From assembly GCA_016844925.1 (NCBI GenBank), contig JAERTI010000020.1, positions 97-64,096 on the forward strand: DNA of 64,000 nt, written 5' to 3'. Both the position numbers and the translations under genes were made by a program. Under the pieces are notes generated by a model. That model was not told where the DNA came from. It did not search any database and saw only the letters and a program-made list of their open reading frames with translations. The stretch's first letter is position 1. The number at the start of each line of letters is the position of its first letter. The DNA comes from Candidatus Uhrbacteria bacterium. Lineage in GTDB: Bacteria; Patescibacteriota; Patescibacteriia; UBA9934; GWF2-40-263. Shown piece after piece: positions 8,021 to 14,431 of this stretch.

Positions 8021-8101
8021 GTGTCGATCCTTTCTCTTCGCCGCACGCCCCGGAAGGGGGGCGAAGGTATCGACACTAGCGGCATGAAGGATTCATGTCA
8101 A
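8021..8101 (-). promoter_or_regulatory. Type-B 5' region of paralog 1: TTGACA, 17 nt, TAGTGT promoter overlapping a conserved leader hairpin that contains the SD
   Basis: Plus-strand tgtcaa at 8096-8101 and acacta at 8073-8078. Inverted repeat GTGTCGAT(8021-8028)...ATCGACAC(8069-8076) with inner stem CTTCGCC/GGCGAAG. The 3' arm carries AAAGGA and ends 2 nt before the ATG. It is nearly identical to 11286..11356. Confidence 0.5.
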
Positions 8102-8102
8102 T

Positions 8103-8134
8103 AAAAAAACCCCGACGTTGTGGCCGGGAAGGGG
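8103..8134 (-). terminator. Intrinsic terminator after paralog 2
   Basis: GC-rich hairpin CCCCTTCCCGGCCACAACGTCGGGG followed by T7 on the minus strand. Confidence 0.45.
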
Positions 8135-8140
8135 CGTCTC

Positions 8141-9571
8141 TCACGAGGCGTGCGTTGCCGTGATGAGCGTTTCTATGTGGGTAATCTGCTGCCGGGCTTG
8201 GGTGTAGCGACCAGAGGGCTTCTTGAGCCTCAGGCGCTTCCCCTCACGTGTGAGCAGGTGCTCTGTCTCGAGCTGGCCGAGGAACTTCTTGAGCTCCCGT
8301 CGGCTTCCAAAGACAGTTCTGCACTGTTTCCAGAGCTTCTTCTCGTCCCGTCCTTCACAGTCGGTGAGCGACCGTGGGAGACGATCTCCGTGTCGGAGGA
8401 ATCCCTCAACGATGATGTGTCGGAGCCGGTCTTCACCCAGCGCTGCAAACGTCGACGTGACGTTCAGCTTGCGCCGCAGGGCGTCGAAGTCGATCTGCTT
8501 GGGCTTGGGAGGCCTGTAGCTGTGGTGGTGACGCTTGTTGCCCGTTGCCTGAGGGGTGGGTTCCTCCGACAAACGCGTGCATGGCTGGGGTGATGGCTTT
8601 GAGGCCATTGAACGCTCCAGCTCTTCTTGCTCAAGCAGCTGCAGGAATTCCCAGTCATCCGCGGTTCCGCCAGCCTCGTGGAAAGCGGACCAGTCTTTGG
8701 GGCGACCAGCATTGTGCCACTCACTGAGAAAGTCTGGGAACGCTTCGGGGCCAATTTTCTCGAGCAAGTCCTTTTCGCCAAGGGTCCGTCTCAGGACCTT
8801 GTCTTCACGTAGGTGACTAGGGGTAGATTCAGCGATCGCCATGATCTCCAGAAACGTCGTGTCCTGCAACAGGCGGACGATCTGGTCCAGCGAGTAGTCA
8901 CGTGTCAGCAGGTGTAGTTGCTTCCATACGAGAAAGAGAGGGGCATTCACTCCCGAGTTCTTGTAGGTCAGCTCCAAGTCCTCAAGGGCTTGGTCGCCAA
9001 GCTCCTGTGCGTAGTCTTCGATCTGCTGCCTCGCTCCCATGGCGATCTTGAGCGTGGCGATGAACAGCGAAACGCTTGCGATCGGTTTTGGGTGCTGAGG
9101 GTACGTCGCGAGACGAGCACGCTCCTGATCTGAGGAGAAGTTGGCCAACTGGTGCGCCACCTGAACGAGTTCAAAGGCACGAAGTGAGGCCTCGGGCATC
9201 TTTTCAAGGACGCGCTCATTGGTTGTGCTGAGGTAATCCGGAGAGAGCTTGACCCATAGGCCGAGATCGCAGAATTCTCTGTAGAGCCGTACGTACATCT
9301 TTGGGTGGCTGTAGGTGAATCCGTACAGCGCAACACCTCCAATGACTTCGAGCATCCTCGTAAGCCTGAGCTCGGTCTTGTCGAGGTCTTCGAGCACGGC
9401 GTTGAGTGTTGTCAGGTACCCGTAGCGGCCAATGGGGCCACGTCGCTTGACCATCCGCTCGAGCATGGCTCTGGCCGCCTTGGCGATTTCACCTTGCAGC
9501 TTGAGTGTGTCCATGTAGGCCCGGATGGTTCCGGGGACGTGTTCGAAGTCTTTATAGTGCTCCAGTTCCAT
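8141..9571 (-). CDS. Island paralog 2 (same unrecognised family)
   Basis: Motifs SEWHNAGRPKDWSAFHEAGGTADDW and GNKRHHHSYRPPKPK, C-terminus LGQLETEHLLTREGKRLRLKK. The start is uncertain: ATG at 9571 (MELEHYK) or TTG at 9601. No strong SD at either. Confidence 0.55.
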   Translation of the reverse strand: MELEHYKDFEHVPGTIRAYMDTLKLQGEIAKAARAMLERMVKRRGPIGRYGYLTTLNAVLEDLDKTELRLTRMLEVIGGVALYGFTYSHPKMYVRLYREFCDLGLWVKLSPDYLSTTNERVLEKMPEASLRAFELVQVAHQLANFSSDQERARLATYPQHPKPIASVSLFIATLKIAMGARQQIEDYAQELGDQALEDLELTYKNSGVNAPLFLVWKQLHLLTRDYSLDQIVRLLQDTTFLEIMAIAESTPSHLREDKVLRRTLGEKDLLEKIGPEAFPDFLSEWHNAGRPKDWSAFHEAGGTADDWEFLQLLEQEELERSMASKPSPQPCTRLSEEPTPQATGNKRHHHSYRPPKPKQIDFDALRRKLNVTSTFAALGEDRLRHIIVEGFLRHGDRLPRSLTDCEGRDEKKLWKQCRTVFGSRRELKKFLGQLETEHLLTREGKRLRLKKPSGRYTQARQQITHIETLITATHAS

Positions 9572-9695
9572 CAGGTAGAAACCTTGGGAGCCTTTACGCA
9601 AACCACGCTCTGCGGGGTTGGCTACGTGCAGGTGCTTAACGTACTTGAGTTTCCGACCCAGAGGGGCCTCCTTTACTCCTGGGTAGGAGAGAATG

Positions 9696-9724
9696 AGAAT
9701 AGGGCCTTAGGGGGTTATCGTCAA
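9696..9724 (-). promoter_or_regulatory. Type-A promoter for paralog 2 (TTGACG, 17 nt, TATTCT)
   Basis: Plus-strand cgtcaa at 9719-9724 and agaata at 9696-9701. Homologous to the module at 12976..13040. Confidence 0.5.
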
Positions 9725-9730
9725 GGGAAT

Positions 9731-9761
9731 GAAAAAGAAAAAAGAGACTCCGGAGAGTCTC
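9731..9761 (-). terminator. Intrinsic terminator after paralog 3; it overlaps the stop codon
   Basis: Perfect hairpin GAGACTC-TCCG-GAGTCTC at 9744-9761, followed on the minus strand by TTTTTTCTTTTTC. Confidence 0.55.
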
Positions 9762-11277
9762 AAGTTGCGTACTTCGCCATCAGGCCACGGAGCTGCGTGA
9801 GGAGCTGGTGAGCCTTGGGAAAGCGTGTATTTGGGAGTGCTAGGGAGTAGTTGCCGCGCTTGAAGGTGACTAGATGTGCCTCCAGGAGTGGCCGGAGTTC
9901 TCGAGTGAACTGCTTACGACTACTTGCTTCAACGTGTCCCTTCACCTGTCTCCAGAGCTTCTTGCCATCTCTGGAAGGAAGCTTTGTCCAGTCGGTTGTG
10001 AGGCGGTCACCGTCACGGAGCAAGCCGTACACGAGTACGACTCGCGTCAGTGCTTCGTCCAGATCAGGAAAGTGCGCATGGACGTTGAGCTCGGAGCAGA
10101 GGGCCCCGAAGTCTACGTCTGTGGACTTTTCTGCTGGGATGAAGTTCGCGTGATGCCGTTTTCGACCGGTGGGGGTCTGGTTTGGTCGGACAGGGGTCGC
10201 TAGTCCTCCTGTGGGCTTTGTGGTTGAGGAGGGTTTTTGCACAGACCGTTGTTGGTCAAGGTGCCTCTCCCAGTCCTGCGCCCGCCCGCCCGCTTCCCAG
10301 AATTCCATGAGGTCACATGGCTTTTCGGCCTTTTCCCATTCTGCGAGCAGTGAACGCATGATCTGGTCGTCCCAGTAAGCGTCTACCAGAAAGCCGGGCT
10401 CGCGGAAGCAAAAGATCAAGGCATCGGGGGTGAGGATCTCGCGTTCAATGAGGGAGAGGGTCATGAAGCAGAACTCAGCTGAGTGCTCTTTCAGCATCTT
10501 GTGAGTAAGACGCTGGGAGAACCCTCTTTGTTTCGCAAGAGCGAAGCGTTCCCAGAGGCGAGTTGTTGTGACCACTTCTTGGTCAAACTTGATCTTCAGG
10601 TCAGGTCCCAACGTTACGTCGAGAGAGGTGATGAGCCTAATGGCCGACAAGAGTGCTTCAAAATCTTGTGGCTCAGGTAGGTTGTGCGGCTCTCTTGTCC
10701 ATCCTTCCTCTTCCGTGTAGTTGCACAGAAGGGCAGAGCTAGCAAGAAGTGCGACGGATTTCGGGTTGAAGTCCGCATCTCCTATATCGAATGCATCAGG
10801 GTGCGCTAAGGCAATTTGATACATACGTTTTGCAAAAGCCGCGAGCTCATGAGAGCTTTTGAATCTCAGGTCCGCCATCGACAGCTTGTGAACGACGCTG
10901 GCGACGATGTTGGGAGTTTCTCCTAAGCAGTCTGTGAGCCGGTCGATCAAGCTGTTGACCGTTCCAAGGAAGCCGTGCTGGTTTTCCGGGCCGTCACCAA
11001 GAGTCATTCTGGTGAAGGCATCGACGACCACCTTCTTCTTGTCTTCAGGGAGCTCAGCATCGCGGAGCCAGTTACGCCACGTTGGAGCGACGAACCGTGG
11101 GTCGAAACCGCAGGATTTCCAGCGTTTGTCTTTCGGCTCCATGTAAATGGTTACGCCTCTAGACAGTCGTTCCTTGCCAAGGATTTCAGCAAGTTCTTCG
11201 GAGGAAGAGATCTTGAGAGAACGGATGTGTGAGAAGCGTTTTTTTGAGTAACGCCGCTTTTTCTGCTTGGTGGGCAT
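9760..11277 (-). CDS. Island paralog 3 (same unrecognised family)
   Basis: Likely start is the ATG at 11277 (MPTKQKK); the ORF track extends to 11331 through the leader element. Motifs MEFWEAGGRAQDWERHL and TGRKRHHANF, C-terminus LRPLLEAHLVTFKRGNYSLAL. Confidence 0.6.
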   Translation of the reverse strand: MPTKQKKRRYSKKRFSHIRSLKISSSEELAEILGKERLSRGVTIYMEPKDKRWKSCGFDPRFVAPTWRNWLRDAELPEDKKKVVVDAFTRMTLGDGPENQHGFLGTVNSLIDRLTDCLGETPNIVASVVHKLSMADLRFKSSHELAAFAKRMYQIALAHPDAFDIGDADFNPKSVALLASSALLCNYTEEEGWTREPHNLPEPQDFEALLSAIRLITSLDVTLGPDLKIKFDQEVVTTTRLWERFALAKQRGFSQRLTHKMLKEHSAEFCFMTLSLIEREILTPDALIFCFREPGFLVDAYWDDQIMRSLLAEWEKAEKPCDLMEFWEAGGRAQDWERHLDQQRSVQKPSSTTKPTGGLATPVRPNQTPTGRKRHHANFIPAEKSTDVDFGALCSELNVHAHFPDLDEALTRVVLVYGLLRDGDRLTTDWTKLPSRDGKKLWRQVKGHVEASSRKQFTRELRPLLEAHLVTFKRGNYSLALPNTRFPKAHQLLTQLRGLMAKYAT

Positions 11278-11285
11278 GTAAGGAG

Positions 11286-11356
11286 CCTTTCTCTTCGCCA
11301 GCTTCCCGGAGGGAGGCGAAGGTATCGACACTATCGAGCTCCTTGATTCATGTCAA
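11286..11356 (-). promoter_or_regulatory. Type-B 5' region of paralog 3: TTGACA, 17 nt, TAGTGT promoter plus a conserved leader element
   Basis: Plus-strand tgtcaa at 11351-11356 and acacta at 11328-11333. Leader arms GTGTCGATACCTTCGCC (5') and GGCGAAGAGAAAGG (3') are identical to those of paralog 1. Confidence 0.5.
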
Positions 11357-11382
11357 CAAAAAACTCCGACGCATGGTCGGAG
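11357..11382 (-). terminator. Intrinsic terminator after paralog 4
   Basis: Hairpin CTCCGAC-CATGC-GTCGGAG followed by TTTTTTG on the minus strand. Confidence 0.5.
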
Positions 11383-11399
11383 GAGGGAGTCTGGAGGAC

Positions 11400-12947
11400 T
11401 CAGGTATTTGCACAGAGCTTCGTAAGCGCTGTACGCACGTTGAGTGCTCCGTGCGTTGAGTGAGAGTTCGTAGCGATTTGGTACTTACCACCACTCTGCC
11501 GGACGAGTCGGATGGACTCGAGCTGGCGCAACGCGCTGTTGATGTCACGGTCCTGGACCCTACCCAGCTGCCTGACTCGGCTGCGGAGCTTACTGGCCTT
11601 GATCTGCGGCCAGCGGGCCGGCTGCATGAGACGGTCGCCAGAGCGCATGAGGGTCAGCAGGATGGCTGAGACAAGATCTGCATCGTGGTCCGGGAGGTGC
11701 TTGAGCACAATCTCGCGGACCAAGTTGCGGAGCCTGTCCCAATCGGTCTGCGGCTTCTCCTTCGGTGGCTCGAAGTTTCGATGCCGGCGCTTGTTTCCGG
11801 TGGATCGCTGGGGCTTGGGAGGCTTGGCTGCCTGCACCCGAGGGATCCGCGCCCGTTCTCGTCGTCGAGCCTCAAGGAGCCGTCTCTTCTCGGCTTGCGA
11901 GCTCAGGTGCGCTTGCCAGCTCACGCTGGTGCCTCCCTGGCGCAGAAACGCACGGAAGTCATCAGGTCGTCCGGCTTCACTCCAGTGCTCCAGCAGGGCA
12001 ACGACCTCGGTAGGGACGTCCATCTTGATCTCACGCGCGTGGCGCGCAAGGGTTCGGACCTGCTCCTGGTCGAGTGCACCGGTGCTGTACTGGGCGATGA
12101 CATAGAGAACGACCTTCATGGTGCTGTGTTGCACCAGGGAACGGACATCTGTCACGGCGAACCCGTGGTCCGTCAGGATGGTCAGCAGGGACCAGATGCG
12201 TCCAAGGGAAACGGTGTCTGCACCGGCTTCATCGGACAGCGTGTCGTCGGGGCTGAGCACGCGCTCGTCCTGGATGAGAAGATGCACGGCCAAGACGATC
12301 AGTTCAGGGTCGTGCGCCGACAGTACCACCGGAAGGTCTTCTACACCACATGCCCGCAGGTGCTTGATGATGTGGACTAACGCTGTGGTGATGACTTCTG
12401 TGGCATTGATGTCGATCCTGGATTCAGGAATCTCGTTGCGAAGCTGTAGTGGCTTGATGGCCTTGCGGAGCCCTGTGTAGAGACGCTCGTAGTCACCATA
12501 GTGTTCGTACAAGTAGCCGGTACGTTCCATGGCAGCCAGCGAGGTCATCCCCAGTGTGGGGTGCCCGCGGAAGAGTTTGGTAAAGCGCTGGATGAGCCGG
12601 TCGCACCGCCCAAGGAGGGTGGTGCCAGGATGACCCTTCCTGGCAAGGCGCAGCAAGGCGTTGACGCCAAACGTCCTGTACCCAGGGTTGAATTGAGTCA
12701 AATCCGTGAGGAAGTTCCTGATGATCCCGCCCACACAGTTCGGGTGGTTGTAGAGCTTGCGGATCGTCTCACTCGGAGGGAGGACAACAAGCCTTCGCAT
12801 CTCCTTACGAAATTCTTCGTCGGGATCGTCGATCTCACGAGCATCCTTCTCCCAGAAGGTGGGGGTCTCGCTCATGGTCACGAGCTCAGGAATGTCCTGG
12901 ACATCGATGCTCAAGTGCACCAACTTCAGACGGCCAACCTTGGCCAT
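11400..12947 (-). CDS. Island paralog 4 (same unrecognised family)
   Basis: Likely start is the ATG at 12947 (MAKVGRLKL) with SD AAGGAG. Motifs LEHWSEAGRPDDFRAFLRQGGTSVSW and TGNKRRHRNFEPPKEK, C-terminus LRQLESIRLVRQSGGKYQIA. Confidence 0.6.
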   Translation of the reverse strand: MAKVGRLKLVHLSIDVQDIPELVTMSETPTFWEKDAREIDDPDEEFRKEMRRLVVLPPSETIRKLYNHPNCVGGIIRNFLTDLTQFNPGYRTFGVNALLRLARKGHPGTTLLGRCDRLIQRFTKLFRGHPTLGMTSLAAMERTGYLYEHYGDYERLYTGLRKAIKPLQLRNEIPESRIDINATEVITTALVHIIKHLRACGVEDLPVVLSAHDPELIVLAVHLLIQDERVLSPDDTLSDEAGADTVSLGRIWSLLTILTDHGFAVTDVRSLVQHSTMKVVLYVIAQYSTGALDQEQVRTLARHAREIKMDVPTEVVALLEHWSEAGRPDDFRAFLRQGGTSVSWQAHLSSQAEKRRLLEARRRERARIPRVQAAKPPKPQRSTGNKRRHRNFEPPKEKPQTDWDRLRNLVREIVLKHLPDHDADLVSAILLTLMRSGDRLMQPARWPQIKASKLRSRVRQLGRVQDRDINSALRQLESIRLVRQSGGKYQIATNSHSTHGALNVRTALTKLCANT

Positions 12948-12975
12948 GATTGCTCCTTGGAAAGGGCAGATGATG

Positions 12976-13004
12976 AGGTTAGCGACGATATGGAGGCGCG
13001 TCAA
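12976..13004 (-). promoter_or_regulatory. Type-A promoter for paralog 4 (TTGACG, 17 nt, TAACCT)
   Basis: Plus-strand cgtcaa at 12999-13004 and aggtta at 12976-12981. The surrounding roughly 45 bp are homologous to 9696..9761. Confidence 0.45.
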
Positions 13005-13010
13005 GGGAGT

Positions 13011-13040
13011 AGGAAAAGAAAAAGAGAGACGGAGTCTCTC
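13011..13040 (-). terminator. Intrinsic terminator after the hydrolase at 13039..13959
   Basis: Hairpin GAGAGAC-TCC-GTCTCTC at 13024-13040 followed by TTTTTCTTTTCC on the minus strand. Confidence 0.5.
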
Positions 13041-13959
13041 AGGGGGTGGAGGATTTGTCTTTGAGGCTGCGGCGGATGCGCAGGCCCAGGACGATCCAGA
13101 CCAGGGGGTTCATGGTGGCCTTGTGGCCGATCTGGGGGAGGGTATGGCTCCACCAGGTGGGGAGCGTGGGCTGCCAGCGCCACAGAGACAGAACGATAAG
13201 AGCCGGCCAAATGACATAGCGCTGCCATCTGGAAGGAACGACCGAATCTGCTGGGCGCGGAGGGCGCGTGTCGCTCTTGTGGGCGACAAGGTCTACGAAC
13301 GAGGCGTTGTGATGAACGAAGACACCGTGGGCTTCGAGGTGCTCGATGGCGCGGTGTGTCTGTGGGAGGTTCTCCGAGTCTGGTTCCATCTCACGTGCCC
13401 CACTGGCCTTGATCACTCGCGCGAGCGCGGAGCCGCGCAGGGGAGTGTTCACGGTGTAGAGCGTGCGGATGTCTCGATCCGGATAGGCCTTGACCAGGTC
13501 CACCAGCTGCCAGATCAAATCGAACCCGCCGTAGCTGAAGCCGATGGCGTACAGCGGACGTTGTCCGGTGTGCTTGCGGAACCACTCACGGTTGAGCGAG
13601 ACGATTTCCGAAGACGGGACAACGTTGCCCGCAAGCGGGGTCTGGATGAACAGGATCCGGTAGCCGAATACTTTGTTCAGGAATACGCCCATGGGCCAGA
13701 CGGTGTAGGGGGTCGTATTGAGACCCACCGCGATGGCGACGTCTGCACGAGCACTCTCGTGATTGAGGATGTAAGGGAAGTGTCCCAGTCGCCACTTTGC
13801 ATACGTACAGATCACCGCCTCCAGCAGGAGGACGGGCAGGTGGGTGATGACGAGTACCGGACCACGGATGGGTCCGAGGATTTCGAATCCTTCGCGCACA
13901 CGGCGCTTCCACTCGCTGAGGAAGGACGTGCCTTCCACATCGATCGAATCTTCTTTCAT
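13039..13959 (-). CDS. Alpha/beta hydrolase with a C-terminal hydrophobic/TM segment; paralog of 5781..6509
   Basis: YAIGFSYGG nucleophile elbow. Likely start is the ATG at 13959 (MKEDSIDV) with SD GGAGGGG. The C-terminal segment is W-rich and hydrophobic. Confidence 0.55.
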   Translation of the reverse strand: MKEDSIDVEGTSFLSEWKRRVREGFEILGPIRGPVLVITHLPVLLLEAVICTYAKWRLGHFPYILNHESARADVAIAVGLNTTPYTVWPMGVFLNKVFGYRILFIQTPLAGNVVPSSEIVSLNREWFRKHTGQRPLYAIGFSYGGFDLIWQLVDLVKAYPDRDIRTLYTVNTPLRGSALARVIKASGAREMEPDSENLPQTHRAIEHLEAHGVFVHHNASFVDLVAHKSDTRPPRPADSVVPSRWQRYVIWPALIVLSLWRWQPTLPTWWSHTLPQIGHKATMNPLVWIVLGLRIRRSLKDKSSTP

Positions 13960-14041
13960 GGCCCCTCCGCGGGTGGATGCTGAGCGTACGATGTCGATGG
14001 TGTCTTGGTCAAGGAGATGGGCTCGTGTACGATAGAAGGGT

Positions 14042-14398
14042 ATGTCTGTAAGTGCTTTTATCCTCGTGGGACTCCACACCTTTTTGGCCTGGGTGCTCAT
14101 CGAAGCGTTTGTAAACCTCTGTCACCGGTTTAGGCGACCGACGTATATCTTCGCCCATTATTCTGTCATCGTGCTGACGTTCGGTGTGCTCTTTTCTGTG
14201 TACTTTAGATTTTTCTCGGAGAAAGCGTCTGTGTTTTGGGTGACGATTTCCGCGCTAGCATTCCTTCTCTTTTACGAACTTGTCGTCTTTCGTTATCTGT
14301 ATAGCGGTGAGCGATGGTTTCTTAACTGGGCCGATTGGATCTTGCCGGTATTTCTGGCCCTGACCACCGTTTACGCTGCAGGAGTTTTTCTAGGTTGA
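14042..14398 (+). CDS. Small integral membrane protein, paralog B of 2524..2883
   Basis: See 2524..2883. 118 aa, same length and helix pattern. Confidence 0.6.
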   Translation: MSVSAFILVGLHTFLAWVLIEAFVNLCHRFRRPTYIFAHYSVIVLTFGVLFSVYFRFFSEKASVFWVTISALAFLLFYELVVFRYLYSGERWFLNWADWILPVFLALTTVYAAGVFLG

Positions 14399-14431
14399 CC
14401 TCCCTGACCAGAGAGGTATCCTATCCCCGCT

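Noticed and set aside
8021-8076. Considered the GTGTCGAT...ATCGACAC inverted repeat as a DNA operator rather than an RNA hairpin
   Set aside because: The half-sites are 39 bp apart. The second copy before paralog 3 lacks the outer 3' half-site while conserving the inner arms. An RNA-level or SD-sequestering role fits the conservation pattern better. This is not excluded.
6610-13004. Considered whether the four paralogs are transposases or IS elements
   Set aside because: No DDE/HUH/serine-recombinase motifs were recognised and there are no terminal inverted repeats. Each gene has an ordinary promoter and terminator. Only the C-terminal winged-helix-like module is shared.
8020-13040. Considered whether the repeated intergenic elements could be a CRISPR array or miniature inverted-repeat transposable elements (MITEs)
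   Set aside because: There are only two copies of each of two types. Each lies in a gene-proximal position and contains recognisable -35/-10 and terminator features. There are no regularly spaced short repeats or spacers, and no terminal inverted repeats with target duplications.
11512-13983. Plus-strand ORFs 11512..12105, 11685..12380, 12501..13064 and 12757..13983 overlapping island paralog 4 and the hydrolase
   Set aside because: These are antisense to better-supported minus-strand genes. They show low-complexity, Arg/Ser-rich translations with no start context.
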